Shown here: positions 29,425 to 40,123 of the stretch, piece by piece
Position numbering within the stretch: the stretch's first letter is position 1
Layout: each line of letters opens with the position of its first letter
Origin: Escherichia phage N2
Strand: one strand, 5' to 3'
Sequence record: ON645936.1
Length of the DNA: 64,000 bases
Translations under genes and position numbers: made by a program
The notes under the pieces: generated by a model
Database searches by the model: none
What the model was told of the DNA's origin: nothing
The model's input: the letters and a program-made list of their open reading frames with translations, nothing else

Positions 29425-30111
29425 TTAAAAATCGTGGGTAGAATCAGCTTCAAGAGCTACTACATAATTCGCGTGTTCACCTTCAAATTTAGCAGCGCCT
29501 TGTTTACCTTTTGCCCAGAGCAGAAGTTTATAATTTCCTGGTTGCATTTTCATATTTGCCATATTGATAATGAAATTAAATGTATTTTCACCGTCATAAT
29601 CACCAAGAGTCAAAGAATATTTAACACGGGTCAAAGCAGAATCTTCCACTTTATTAAAACCGTTAATTACGATTTTACCTTCTTTTACTGTGATAGCAAT
29701 TGTATCAATCTGCAGACCGCGAGATACACGCAACAGCTGTTGAAGGTCTTCCGCTTTAATTTCAGTAACAACAGATGCTACCGGGAATGGAATTGGTTTA
29801 TTAGGAGCAACTACTGTACTCGGATCAGCTGCTGGCCAAAAAATTGTTGAACGGGCATCAGCAATTTTAATATTACCATCTTCTGACTGGGAAATTTCTG
29901 CATCATCATTAACTAGAGACAGAATACCGAGAAAACCGTTCAAATCGTAAATTGCTACATCAAAATCAATAGTGTCAGAAATATTTGCTTCCGCATAAGT
30001 TGTGCCATTAACCGCGCGAGTCATAATAAATTGACCGGATTTAAGCATAATACCAGAGTTAATAGTAGCGAAATTTTTCAAAATATTCAGCGTGTCTTTA
30101 GATAATTTCAT
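29425..30111 (-). CDS. 45: sliding clamp
   Basis: 228-aa ORF, position. Confidence 0.9.
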   Translation of the reverse strand: MKLSKDTLNILKNFATINSGIMLKSGQFIMTRAVNGTTYAEANISDTIDFDVAIYDLNGFLGILSLVNDDAEISQSEDGNIKIADARSTIFWPAADPSTVVAPNKPIPFPVASVVTEIKAEDLQQLLRVSRGLQIDTIAITVKEGKIVINGFNKVEDSALTRVKYSLTLGDYDGENTFNFIINMANMKMQPGNYKLLLWAKGKQGAAKFEGEHANYVVALEADSTHDF

Positions 30112-30995
30112 TTCAATTTCCTATTTACATAATAGTTAGACCAGGACCGTACAGCACCCTGATAAGATTCGTCGTTAAACCCATTAGCTACTGCAATTTT
30201 ACGAAATTTATTATAACTCGGTTTTCCGTAAGCATGCCATAAAGATTTTAATTCATCTTCATGTTCAATCCAAGTTCCTCTAGCTTTAGATTTTCTAAAT
30301 TTTGATTTGAATTCCGGTAAATTATTTCTAACAGTTGCTTGAATTGAAGCTCTCTGTCTTCTTTCAGCATTATTCCATAATTCTTTTTGAGATTTAGAAA
30401 TTTTTGATCTTACACTTTCTGAATTCATTATATCACTAAACTTTTTAGCATAACTACAATCAAGATATTTCAATTTCATCTTATTTGAGAGTTTAAGCTT
30501 TTTCTCATCGGTCCAGTGAATCTTCATTGAATTAGATATTTTGTATTTTACGTCAGAACTATGTTTGTAACCTTTACGAATACCAACATAATCTGGTGTG
30601 ATTTCAGATTGTGAAAGCTTTACAATTTTTCCAGTTAAAACATTTTTATATGTTCCATATCCTTTAGCACCAATTAAAGTATTTTCATCTGCGTACGCTT
30701 TATTAAAATATTTTATATTACTTTTTGCTTTAACTTTTAATTGAAAAAATCTTTCCAATTTTCTTGGATCTAATATAGTTTCAGCCAAAATTTTGACGGT
30801 ATATTTAGTGGTTTTAATAAGCTCAAAATATTCATCGCTATAACTCGATGACACGCTTCCAGTATAAATCTTTCCAGCTGAATCAATTATATTTGTTCCA
30901 TCGAAAATTGCGTCAATTTTCGAACCTATATAATAACACGGAAAAATATTTTTAGCTTCCCGCTCTGGAAAGCTAATAAGATATACTAAATTCAT
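30108..30995 (-). CDS. GIY-YIG homing endonuclease (seg-like)
   Basis: 295 aa; VYLISFPE...CYYIGS motif; basic repeat-rich C-terminus. Confidence 0.6.
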   Translation of the reverse strand: MNLVYLISFPEREAKNIFPCYYIGSKIDAIFDGTNIIDSAGKIYTGSVSSSYSDEYFELIKTTKYTVKILAETILDPRKLERFFQLKVKAKSNIKYFNKAYADENTLIGAKGYGTYKNVLTGKIVKLSQSEITPDYVGIRKGYKHSSDVKYKISNSMKIHWTDEKKLKLSNKMKLKYLDCSYAKKFSDIMNSESVRSKISKSQKELWNNAERRQRASIQATVRNNLPEFKSKFRKSKARGTWIEHEDELKSLWHAYGKPSYNKFRKIAVANGFNDESYQGAVRSWSNYYVNRKLK

Positions 30996-31381
30996 TTATT
31001 AAAATCAGCCGCAATTGTTTCCGCAACAATTTGAGCAGCAACAATTAGACGTTCATCTGCATTACCGCAATAATCATCTTCAAGGCGTTCACCGCATGAA
31101 GTTATAATAAATTTAGCACCAGCATTTAGAGATTCTGCCGTATGTTTGCGCATCAGTTCAATCCATTTATCACTCACTTCACGATCGATAGCTTCATAAT
31201 ACGCATGACGAGCAGGTGCAGATTTAATTTTGCTCTGAATAACTTCCATCGCGTTATCAGAAAGAGACAAAACCCATGCTCGACGAATTTTATTTTGGTT
31301 TTGTGGATTTGATTCAGAACGCACGTGTTTTGGCTGAATATCTTTTACATCAACAGTATAATTCACAGTAATTTTAGTCAT
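30992..31381 (-). CDS. rpbA: RNA polymerase-binding protein RpbA
   Basis: 129 aa; position. Confidence 0.6.
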   Translation of the reverse strand: MTKITVNYTVDVKDIQPKHVRSESNPQNQNKIRRAWVLSLSDNAMEVIQSKIKSAPARHAYYEAIDREVSDKWIELMRKHTAESLNAGAKFIITSCGERLEDDYCGNADERLIVAAQIVAETIAADFNK

Positions 31382-31390
31382 AATACACCT

Positions 31391-31582
31391 TTAGTCATAA
31401 TAATCAGTAACAGTCCAAGCTTCATTTCTGTTGGACATTATTTTCGTATATTCTGATTTAAATGCATTCTTAAGCATAGATTCAGTAACTATATGCTCTT
31501 CATTAGAAAAATTATTTCTCAGAATATATCGTTTTATTTCAGGAATAGTTAATAGATGCTGTCCAGTTGAATATTCTGCCAC
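31391..31582 (-). CDS. hypothetical protein
   Basis: 63-aa ORF. Confidence 0.45.
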   Translation of the reverse strand: MAEYSTGQHLLTIPEIKRYILRNNFSNEEHIVTESMLKNAFKSEYTKIMSNRNEAWTVTDYYD

Positions 31583-31592
31583 AGTTCCTCCG

Positions 31593-31600
31593 TATAAATA
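31593..31600 (+). promoter_or_regulatory. late promoter for plus-strand HNH endonuclease
   Basis: exact TATAAATA on plus strand 33 nt before ATG 31634. Confidence 0.55.
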
Positions 31601-31633
31601 TGTTTATCACTCGCTGTATCAAAAGGATATGTT

Positions 31634-32350
31634 ATGAATTATAAACTAATTTATGAAAAGTTAATCTCTAATGCTAAATCTCGAAAACTTGATTGCTATA
31701 CTGAATCTCATCACATTATACCACGCTGTTTAAATGGCAGCGATGATGCTTCAAACTTAGTAGATTTAACACCAGAAGAGCACTATGTAGCTCATCAACT
31801 TTTAGTAAAAATTTATCCTTCTGAACCAAAATTAGTCTATGCTGCTAACATGATGACAGTTTCTACGAAATACGCTAAACGTAACAATAAAACTTTCGGC
31901 TGGATTCGTCGTAAACTCTGGGAAATAGAAAAGAATAAAGAGTTCTCCCAAGAGACACGAAAGAAAATGTCCGATGCAGTAGCTAATAAAGCAAGACTAA
32001 CTTGTCCACATTGCGGTAAGTCTGGATTAAGCGGGAATATGAATCGATGGCATTTTGATAACTGCCCAAATCACCCCAATCCTAAAGTTAGACCGCCAAT
32101 GTCTAAAGAACACAGAAATAATATCTCAAACGGGCTTAAAGCAATCGTTCTTGAAGAAACATCCTGCGAATTCTGCGGAATGATAGGCAAGAAATGCGTT
32201 ATCGCAGCGCATAGAAATTTCTGCAAGAAAAATCCAAATGGACGCAAGAAAACTGAAAAGACTGGTACTTGCGTCCATTGTGGTAAAGTTACCACTTTCG
32301 GAAATTTATCAAGATGGCATAATGATAATTGTAAATATAAACCTAGCTAA
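31634..32350 (+). CDS. HNH homing endonuclease with three zinc-ribbon repeats (plus strand)
   Basis: 238 aa; ESHHIIPRC...NLVDLTPEEH; three CxxCG...RWH..NC repeats; AAAGGA SD. Confidence 0.7.
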   Translation: MNYKLIYEKLISNAKSRKLDCYTESHHIIPRCLNGSDDASNLVDLTPEEHYVAHQLLVKIYPSEPKLVYAANMMTVSTKYAKRNNKTFGWIRRKLWEIEKNKEFSQETRKKMSDAVANKARLTCPHCGKSGLSGNMNRWHFDNCPNHPNPKVRPPMSKEHRNNISNGLKAIVLEETSCEFCGMIGKKCVIAAHRNFCKKNPNGRKKTEKTGTCVHCGKVTTFGNLSRWHNDNCKYKPS

Positions 32351-34031
32351 TCTTAGCTAAACTAAATCTACCAACTTTTTCCATTTGAATGTGCTGACCA
32401 TATTCCTGTGGGTCATGGTCTTTATGCGAAATTATGAAGAAGTTGGTATCCTTCAAACCATCTAAAATTTTAGCCACATTTTTAATACCTTCAGCATCAA
32501 ATGCACCGTCATACACTTCATCAAGAAATAAACAACTTATTTTAACACCTGAAACTTTTTCAGCAATATCACGCCAAGTAAATAAAAGAGCAATATCAAT
32601 TCGTGCTTTTTCACCTTGACTAAATGAAGCATAACTAAAATCTTCACGACCACGGGATTTAATTGTCTCATTAAATTCTTCATCTAATGTAAACACATAA
32701 TCCGCTTCCATTATTTTAAGATAATGGTTAATCTGCTTATTAAATAATGGAATGTACTTTTTAATAATAGCGCCTTTAATACCAGAATCTTTGAGCATAT
32801 CAGTCAAAATTCCTCTATGGTATTTTTCCATTACTAAATTAGTTTTTGTCTTAACAATTTTATCAAGTTCTTCTTGAAGCAGTGCTATTTCATCAGCATG
32901 GTCAATAAACTCAGATGATGCTTTTTCTATAGCCGCTTTAACTTTTTTAGCTTTATCTACCGTCGTGATTAGAGATTGCTTTTTATTGCGAATATCATTC
33001 GCCAACGTCTGCTGGGTTTTAATATTATCTCGGTATTCGTCAACAAGAACTTTTAAATTATCACGATGTGTTGAAAGCTGTTCAAATGAATGCGTACATT
33101 CAGAAACTTTATCTTTAATTTTAGAAACAACTTTATCACCAGAACTTAATTGTGACAAACAGGTTGGACATAATCCACCTTCGTGATACATATTAATGAC
33201 TTTATTATACGAGTCAATTTTTGATTTAATTAAAAATGCTTCTTGACCGATTTTATTAAATGCATCAGTCGGGTCTTCATCCAAAACAATATTAACTAAT
33301 CTTTCATTAGCTTCTTCTATTTCCGATTTTAACGTTCTAGCTTCTTTCGCCAAATCATCATACATATTCTGCAGACGAGTAAGGTTATCACCAGTTAATT
33401 TTTTCTGGCGTTCAACGTTATCATTATATATTTTAATTTGTTGGATAATACTATCTTTTTTAACATCAAGCACTTGGTTTTGTGAATTTAATTCACGTAT
33501 TAGTGCTTTATTAAGCTTATCCATTTCAGCTAATGTTCCTACCTCAAGCAGGTCTTCCACAAGCTTTCTTCGCGCAGGGGTCGACAAACCCATGAAAGGG
33601 GTATACCCTGCTGTACCAAGGACAACAATCTGCTTGAAACTGGCATATGACATTCCGATAAGCTGTTCAAATTCTGCTTGGAAATCTTTACTGCTGGCAG
33701 ATTCATTAAGACGTGTACCGTTAACGGTGATTTCGAAAACGTTTGGTTTTTGTCCTCTTTTGATATAGTACTTTTTCTCATCATATTCCATCCACAGTTC
33801 AACTAAAAGTTCTTTCTTATTTGTGCTGTTTATTAATTGACCTTTCTTTACATCACGGAATGGCTTGCCAAAAAGCCCAAATGTGATGGCTTCTAACATA
33901 GTAGACTTACCACCGCCATTTCGTCCAGTAATAAGAGTTTTTTGAACCTTATCTAATTGAATGTCAACTCCATTTTGACCAACTGACATTATATTTTTAT
34001 ATTTTACTCTATTAAGTTTAAATGATTTCAT
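32343..34031 (-). CDS. 46: Rad50/SbcC-like recombination ATPase
   Basis: 562 aa; Walker A GRNGGGKST; coiled-coil middle. Confidence 0.9.
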   Translation of the reverse strand: MKSFKLNRVKYKNIMSVGQNGVDIQLDKVQKTLITGRNGGGKSTMLEAITFGLFGKPFRDVKKGQLINSTNKKELLVELWMEYDEKKYYIKRGQKPNVFEITVNGTRLNESASSKDFQAEFEQLIGMSYASFKQIVVLGTAGYTPFMGLSTPARRKLVEDLLEVGTLAEMDKLNKALIRELNSQNQVLDVKKDSIIQQIKIYNDNVERQKKLTGDNLTRLQNMYDDLAKEARTLKSEIEEANERLVNIVLDEDPTDAFNKIGQEAFLIKSKIDSYNKVINMYHEGGLCPTCLSQLSSGDKVVSKIKDKVSECTHSFEQLSTHRDNLKVLVDEYRDNIKTQQTLANDIRNKKQSLITTVDKAKKVKAAIEKASSEFIDHADEIALLQEELDKIVKTKTNLVMEKYHRGILTDMLKDSGIKGAIIKKYIPLFNKQINHYLKIMEADYVFTLDEEFNETIKSRGREDFSYASFSQGEKARIDIALLFTWRDIAEKVSGVKISCLFLDEVYDGAFDAEGIKNVAKILDGLKDTNFFIISHKDHDPQEYGQHIQMEKVGRFSLAKIS

Positions 34032-34046
34032 TTTGTATCCAATTGT

Positions 34047-34901
34047 TCACAATGAAGAAAATTCTTTAACTAAAGCCTGTAATGAAGCCTCTATTGGATA
34101 TCCATTCTTAACTAACATTTTCCTAAACATCACATGTTTAGGACGATTATATGATATCCACAATTCATACAATTTATCTTTATTATCCCAATGATAGCCT
34201 TTTCGTCGAGATGCTATATGAGCTTTTCTAATCTCCGGATTTTTCCAACTAGCAGCTACTGAATTTGATATAGCTATTTTATATTCAGGTTTTGATAAAG
34301 CAGCGCGAACAGCCCTTTGGTGTTTAATTTTATTTTCTTCGTTATTAAACCATTCCCTTGAAGCCATTGAAATTTTTTGTTTTGTTTTAAAATTATTTAA
34401 TCTTTCTTTGTTATCTTTTCTATTTTTTGCTACTGAAAAATATTTTAATGCCCTTTCTCTAGCAGCATTTCTATTTTGCGGATTTGAATAATACTGTTGA
34501 AGCCTTTTTGATATTGTGTCACTTACATCTTGTTTTATAAAACTATATTCAGCAGCTATTAAATCAACTTCGGCTAAAGATAAATTTTTATATGTTTTTC
34601 CTGACATCATTCTATTTAAAGCATTTAGCATTTTTCCATTTTTACCTTTTGCTAATAAGAAATGTGCTTTGAAATGATTGAAATGACTTAAATTAACTAA
34701 ATTCCATGTAGATTTTAAATATTCAGGAAATATTGATTTAGGAAGCACGTGATGTGCTTCCGTTTTACCTGGAGTTTTAACAGTTGAATTCATAGAAATA
34801 AAATTAATGTAAGACTTGGCGTCTTCTTCGCTCAACACTAATTTTTCAACTAATTCCTTTATTAAAAATTCATCATTAATATCAAGTTTAAAATTCTTCA
34901 C
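34047..34901 (-). CDS. HNH homing endonuclease
   Basis: 284 aa; EAHHVLPKS...NLVNLSHFNH; GTG start with AAGGAA SD. Confidence 0.6.
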   Translation of the reverse strand: MKNFKLDINDEFLIKELVEKLVLSEEDAKSYINFISMNSTVKTPGKTEAHHVLPKSIFPEYLKSTWNLVNLSHFNHFKAHFLLAKGKNGKMLNALNRMMSGKTYKNLSLAEVDLIAAEYSFIKQDVSDTISKRLQQYYSNPQNRNAARERALKYFSVAKNRKDNKERLNNFKTKQKISMASREWFNNEENKIKHQRAVRAALSKPEYKIAISNSVAASWKNPEIRKAHIASRRKGYHWDNKDKLYELWISYNRPKHVMFRKMLVKNGYPIEASLQALVKEFSSL

Positions 34902-35113
34902 AAAAGATTCCTTTTAATGTATCTTTTAGACCATTCTATCATATCATCATAATCTAAAAAGTATTCATCAAATTCAGCCATGCAAACAACACCTTGTGCT
35001 GCTTTTGATGTGATATAAATTATTCCAACATATCTAGAATCTTCTTCGGTGTAATCAATATTTGCTATGAATTCATCGTTAATGTCAAATGTCGAAAACT
35101 TCACAGTATGCAT
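34898..35113 (-). CDS. hypothetical protein
   Basis: start moved to internal ATG (MHTVKF) to limit overlap. Confidence 0.4.
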   Translation of the reverse strand: MHTVKFSTFDINDEFIANIDYTEEDSRYVGIIYITSKAAQGVVCMAEFDEYFLDYDDMIEWSKRYIKRNLL

Positions 35114-35348
35114 CCTTAATACAAGATACAGCCATATCTTGTAATGATTTAGGTGTGTCATTATCTAAAATGTTGAAGTTAAAAGATACAGCCCAGTCAG
35201 TGCAGACCGTGACCTTTTTAATACAATTATCTTCAACCTCTAACGGTTCAAACCAATATTCAATAATTTCTTTATGCCCAATATCATCTTTTACTTCACA
35301 TTCAAAATGCTGACTCATCATAACATTTTTAAATTCATCAAAAGTCAT
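35085..35348 (-). CDS. hypothetical protein
   Basis: 87-aa ORF upstream-coupled to gene 47. Confidence 0.4.
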   Translation of the reverse strand: MTFDEFKNVMMSQHFECEVKDDIGHKEIIEYWFEPLEVEDNCIKKVTVCTDWAVSFNFNILDNDTPKSLQDMAVSCIKDAYCEVFDI

Positions 35349-36364
35349 TGTGTTGCCTCTACATATAACTGATTTGCATATTGAATAAGTGCTTCGCGAT
35401 CAGAATCAGTGATGTCTGGAATTGCATTAATGTATTCTTCCATCAACGTCTGAAGAGATTGAACTTCAACTTCTTCGCTATCATCTGACTCGACAGAGTT
35501 ATCAATCTTTGACACAACTCGTAATGAATGCACAACTTTTTCTAGTTCAGATTCGAACTTCGTTAGATTTTTGTCTACCTCAGTTACTATAACACGCACT
35601 GATAGATTTGTAAAATCTTTATAGTCAATTTTTCCCTTAAATGGATACTGAATTCGACGATGCCAGGTAGTGTTGTTTGGAATAAATTCCATTCGTTCTG
35701 TTTCTGTATCAAACATCCAGAACCCACGAGAGTCATTCTCGTCACCTGCAGTTAGTGTCCATGGTGTCCCAATATATCTGACGTTAGCAGCCTCAGAGAT
35801 AGTATGGAAGTGACCAGACCACACCTCTTTATAAGTCTTAAGGAAATCAGGTTCAAGACCGTGAGATTTCATTCCTTTATAAAAATAAAATCCATTCAAC
35901 TCCCAGTGACCAACACAAAAAGAAGCAGATGAAGTTTTGATGTGTTCAAGAATTTCACCAGTATTTTCTTCGCACATCCAAGGAATTAAATCAATCAAAC
36001 ATCCGTCAAAATCTACTGTAGTAGGCTTATCATATACTTTAACATTAGGATATTTAGCCAAAAGCTCAGTAGAGGCATTTGGATGCATTACATTTTTATA
36101 GTGGAGATCGTGATTTCCTACAATAGTATGTAATGTGATTCCAACGTCATCAAGCATTTGAACTATTTCGCGAGCAAACTCCATAGTTTTATGCGTGATC
36201 GCTTTTCGCACATCAAAAATATCACCATATTGAATCCATACAGTAATTCCGTTTTTCTTAGAATATTCTATCGCTTGCTTAATTCCATCAATTTGAATAC
36301 CGCGAATCCACTCATCATCAGCTTTAACGCCTAAATGCCAATCACCTAAATTTAAAATTTTCAT
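35345..36364 (-). CDS. 47: Mre11/SbcD-like nuclease
   Basis: 339 aa; phosphoesterase motif GDWHLG. Confidence 0.9.
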   Translation of the reverse strand: MKILNLGDWHLGVKADDEWIRGIQIDGIKQAIEYSKKNGITVWIQYGDIFDVRKAITHKTMEFAREIVQMLDDVGITLHTIVGNHDLHYKNVMHPNASTELLAKYPNVKVYDKPTTVDFDGCLIDLIPWMCEENTGEILEHIKTSSASFCVGHWELNGFYFYKGMKSHGLEPDFLKTYKEVWSGHFHTISEAANVRYIGTPWTLTAGDENDSRGFWMFDTETERMEFIPNNTTWHRRIQYPFKGKIDYKDFTNLSVRVIVTEVDKNLTKFESELEKVVHSLRVVSKIDNSVESDDSEEVEVQSLQTLMEEYINAIPDITDSDREALIQYANQLYVEATQ

Positions 36365-36501
36365 ATATCAAGAACCGTCATTGAAATGCAAAATAAAATT
36401 ATTGAAATAAATCCATCTGGAGTGCTAAAGAACCCAATCCAACATGCTCTAGTGAATAGATAAAATGCAAGAAAAAGTATCACATATCCAAGAAATATCA
36501 T
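36358..36501 (-). CDS. small hydrophobic peptide (47 aa, not in track)
   Basis: hand-translated MIFLGYVILFLAFYLF...; TGA overlaps gene 47 ATG. Confidence 0.35.
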
Positions 36502-36524
36502 TATATCAAACTCCGTATAAAGCT

Positions 36525-36542
36525 AAAGGGCCGAAGCCCTTT
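36525..36542 (-). terminator. UUCG tetraloop hairpin overlapping alpha-gt stop
   Basis: AAAGGGC-UUCG-GCCCUUU; T-run on plus strand. Confidence 0.45.
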
Positions 36543-37743
36543 ATTTTGTAATAATGTCAAACTGTTCTTTAAAGCAGAAGCTTGAATCTTGATGCTGATA
36601 CAAAAATTCATAAGCTTTTTCACGTTCACGGTCATAAAGAGCTCGGTCAGATGACAGTTCTTTAATACGTTCAAATGTTGATTCCATGTCATTTTCATCA
36701 AACCAAACGATACCGCTATCGTGTGAAATTAATGGAGTATTATCAACACGGAATTTTAAATTTTCGCCAGTAGATTTCCAAAATACCGGAATTGTTCCAC
36801 ATGCACCAAGCTCGAGATGAGTATATTCTAAAGAACGTTGTAGATATTTTTTGTCCAACTTACTCAGCTGATAACCAAATCCGGATTTACTCATGCGTTC
36901 AAGCATTTCGCTATTTACATAACGGTCGAGAATTTGCGTCGGCAAATTAGGAGCAATTTTAATTTGGTCTACTTGGTGAAGACGATAATACTCGTATGGA
37001 ATTCCTTTTTCTTTAATAGGAATGAACGCTGGAGAACGTTCCAGACCTTCCATAATAGTACTTAGTCCTGCAGGTTTAAGATGTTTTTCATGAAAATCAA
37101 ACATCTGATAAAAACCTTTCCATGTAGTCGTACGACCAATCCAACGGTTGATATTCATGTTAATTTCAGAAACATCTTTCCAGTAGGTTGACCGAACCTT
37201 CGCAATATCCATAGGAGGCTGAAAGTTATATACTGCCGGTGCTTCTTCAATATCATCAAACAGAGAAACTGTTTCAGGATACCATTCTTTCATCAGAACT
37301 TTATTAAAATCACCATTATCAGAATGGCTAAAAATAACATCAGCTCGACGAACAGTTTCTTCTAATCCCAAATTTCGGCGCAAAGAAAGAGAAGAATGGT
37401 CATGTTGATAAACTACAACACGAACAGAAGGTTTAATGTTATCAATAATTTTTTTATAGTTATTAATAGTGTCTTCTTCAACCGAAGTAGCAGGAACTGA
37501 ATTGATAATTAGAATATCACAATCATTTACCAGCTTAAGTGTTTTATCGTATTCTTTTGCCAATAAAACTGGAATTGAAAATGATTTATAATCATGCGCG
37601 CAATTACGAGTAAATGATTTATCTTTAGCATAAACCAAAGTCACTTCATGACCATTTTTAATAAACCAATCACGTTGCTCGAGTGAGAATTTTGTTACAC
37701 CACAACCTTCAAGACCTCGAGCCATAAAAATACATACTTTCAT
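36541..37743 (-). CDS. agt: alpha-glucosyltransferase
   Basis: 400 aa starting MKVCIFMARGLEGCGVTKF. Confidence 0.85.
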   Translation of the reverse strand: MKVCIFMARGLEGCGVTKFSLEQRDWFIKNGHEVTLVYAKDKSFTRNCAHDYKSFSIPVLLAKEYDKTLKLVNDCDILIINSVPATSVEEDTINNYKKIIDNIKPSVRVVVYQHDHSSLSLRRNLGLEETVRRADVIFSHSDNGDFNKVLMKEWYPETVSLFDDIEEAPAVYNFQPPMDIAKVRSTYWKDVSEINMNINRWIGRTTTWKGFYQMFDFHEKHLKPAGLSTIMEGLERSPAFIPIKEKGIPYEYYRLHQVDQIKIAPNLPTQILDRYVNSEMLERMSKSGFGYQLSKLDKKYLQRSLEYTHLELGACGTIPVFWKSTGENLKFRVDNTPLISHDSGIVWFDENDMESTFERIKELSSDRALYDREREKAYEFLYQHQDSSFCFKEQFDIITK

Positions 37744-37809
37744 TTAATATCCTCTTTGTTTTGGTTTATTTTACCAAAAATTTATAAAGCAATATAGGAG
37801 CCGAAGCTC

Positions 37810-37980
37810 CTATCCACATAATACGTCATACAGAGGCTCATTTGAACTTTTAAATCGAATGGGCTTGTACGTAATAGTTCCTTCGGCTTTAGCTTTATCA
37901 TAAGACTCTTTAAAACGTCTCATTCTTTCTGCTTTGCCTTTACGGATTTTATCGAAATTTTCAGAAGTCTGGGTGTTCAT
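37810..37980 (-). CDS. small basic ORF (56 aa, not in track)
   Basis: hand-translated MNTQTSENFDKIRKGKAERM... Confidence 0.35.
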   Translation of the reverse strand: MNTQTSENFDKIRKGKAERMRRFKESYDKAKAEGTITYKPIRFKSSNEPLYDVLCG

Positions 37981-37983
37981 CTT

Positions 37984-38190
37984 TCACAGTTGCCACCATT
38001 TTTTGACTTGATAAGAATCAACCCACACTTTCATATTAGGGTCTGCTCTTACAATAGGAGGATTAACTTCTTTAATTGAACTATCATGGTATTCTTTTTC
38101 AGAAATTTTCACACAAAGATGACCGTTCAAAGATTCAGTAAATCCTGCATTAATTTTAAGACGCTTGAATTTTACGTGTGTAAGCATCAA
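37984..38190 (-). CDS. hypothetical protein
   Basis: 68-aa ORF. Confidence 0.4.
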   Translation of the reverse strand: MMLTHVKFKRLKINAGFTESLNGHLCVKISEKEYHDSSIKEVNPPIVRADPNMKVWVDSYQVKKWWQL

Positions 38191-38473
38191 TCATATCCTC
38201 AATCTGCGATCTAGTAGTCTTCCAAAGAATACTAATGAGTTCATCGTTATATGGCTGTTTTAGAATATCCCGACTTTTCTTGATAGCATATTCGTATTGA
38301 GCAAAATTATTGTTTTCGGCTGCAATCTGAGCATGTTTATAAAGACGGTTCAGTTCGCGTTTATTTTTAGACAATAACTTATTTGCTTTTCTTTCTGCTT
38401 CAAAACGGTTCTTTTCTTCAATAGAAGAAATAAGCTTTTCCACTTCATCATTAATTTCGGGTTTATCAGTCAT
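38156..38473 (-). CDS. hypothetical protein
   Basis: 105-aa ORF. Confidence 0.45.
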   Translation of the reverse strand: MTDKPEINDEVEKLISSIEEKNRFEAERKANKLLSKNKRELNRLYKHAQIAAENNNFAQYEYAIKKSRDILKQPYNDELISILWKTTRSQIEDMIDAYTRKIQAS

Positions 38474-38474
38474 A

Positions 38475-38693
38475 TTATTTCTCTAATATAAAATAAAAAT
38501 CATCATCTGTTAAATGATACCGATAGTTTAATTCTACACCATTAGATTTAAAAGCGGTATCATACGGATTTTCTGGATCAATATCAATGTCAAGAGCTAA
38601 AACTTCCCTGAGATACATTTTAAGTAAATAGGGAATAGCTTCAACTTCAGGTATTTCTTCCAAGAATCCGGAGAGGTTAATCGTTAGCCTCAT
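38475..38693 (-). CDS. hypothetical protein
   Basis: 72-aa ORF. Confidence 0.45.
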
Positions 38694-39234
38694 ATAAAAA
38701 ATCCAAACTAGGAGAATCGTCTACAACACTTTTCTTTTCAGCCCCCGGTGTTCTATAGGTTGATTCTTCGTAATGCGTCATTTTATCGTAGATGTCTTGA
38801 ATAAAAGTTTCATCTACTAACGCAACCATATCGTCGTCACGGCTGTCATAGACATTGTGAACGAAGTAACTATATTTCTTTGCAACTTCCTTACGTTCTT
38901 TTTTAATACGCTGGACGAATGCATTAAAACAAGCTTGAGTTATATACGCATGTGGGTTTTTATATTTCGTTTCATCAAAATTATGAAGCCCCTTAATAGA
39001 AGCTTCTATACCATCTGCAATCATTTCTTGTTTCCAAGACTGGGTGTATCCTGAAAAGTTGAAACGTTTAGATAAGCCTTCTGCAATAAGCATAATGGCT
39101 AATCCGATAGTATCATTCTGACGAACTACTTTATTTGGGTCTTTATTATTTGCTAATTCTGTTTTCCAATCAATAATAGCTTGTAAAAGCTCTTTATTGT
39201 TTACGTAATTATATTTAGGCTTAGTTTCTGACAT
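38677..39234 (-). CDS. 55: late-transcription sigma factor
   Basis: 185 aa from ATG at 39234 ([10 protein letters not shown]...). Confidence 0.85.
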
Positions 39235-39312
39235 TTTCACCTCTTAGCTCAATTCATAGATCTATTATATCATAATATTTGAAGATCTATCTTAAAGCAT
39301 AGAGGATATCAG

Positions 39313-39582
39313 TTATCTAAGTAAACAGTATGCTTGGAACACTTTCTCCATCATCTTTTTAAATTCATGAATATCTATGTAATGATCATTAATATCAGCA
39401 CGATATAAAAAGTCTAAAAACTTTTTATGGGTGTTAGAATATTTACTTTCATTTAATTCAGAAACATGGCTTTCCCAATATCCAACACCAATCTTATTTG
39501 GGAAAAATGAAATTTTCATGTATTGGTCAACATAGAAAATACCAAAATTTTCAATAGCAATAGAAATATTAATTAATTTCAT
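39313..39582 (-). CDS. hypothetical protein
   Basis: 89-aa ORF. Confidence 0.45.
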   Translation of the reverse strand: MKLINISIAIENFGIFYVDQYMKISFFPNKIGVGYWESHVSELNESKYSNTHKKFLDFLYRADINDHYIDIHEFKKMMEKVFQAYCLLR

Positions 39583-39794
39583 GCATTCATCAACTTAGCC
39601 GCTTCAAGAGCTGCATCTAGTGAATCAAATTGGTCAACGTATTCAATCAATTCGCCGTAATTAGCGTATAACCACCATTGGCTAAATTCATACTCAAGGA
39701 TGAATCCATTTCCTTCAATTTGAGTTAAACCAATACCGTTTGTATTTACTTCATATCCGGCAAGACGCAAATCGTTAATAAGAGCTTCGTTCAT
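39579..39794 (-). CDS. hypothetical protein
   Basis: 71-aa ORF. Confidence 0.45.
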   Translation of the reverse strand: MNEALINDLRLAGYEVNTNGIGLTQIEGNGFILEYEFSQWWLYANYGELIEYVDQFDSLDAALEAAKLMNA

Positions 39795-39796
39795 AA

Positions 39797-40123
39797 TTAT
39801 ACCTTAGCAATTTTCAGGTCTGCAAATTTTTTCTTGCGTTGATTTTTCATGCGACGAATAGTTTTATCGGAAATTTCATGCTTTTGATAAGCTTTAGATT
39901 CTACACCAAAAGCTTTAACATCAAATTCTGACAAGATATATTGAACCAACAATTCACGGACAGTATTGCGTCCAATCTTCTGATCATTCTGTTTCATCAT
40001 TTGATGAAGCTCTTTTTCCCATTTATCCAAAATTTGAGGAGTTACAATATCGCCTTTTTCTAGCAAAGAAACTACTTTATCATATGCGTAAGAATTAATG
40101 ACGTTTTTAATTTGAATAGTCAT
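39797..40123 (-). CDS. hypothetical protein
   Basis: 108-aa ORF. Confidence 0.45.
   Translation of the reverse strand: MTIQIKNVINSYAYDKVVSLLEKGDIVTPQILDKWEKELHQMMKQNDQKIGRNTVRELLVQYILSEFDVKAFGVESKAYQKHEISDKTIRRMKNQRKKKFADLKIAKV

Noticed and set aside
36501-36701. 66-aa minus-strand ORF
   Set aside because: It overlaps the alpha-gt C-terminus in another frame; the in-gap small ORF 36358..36501 is preferred.
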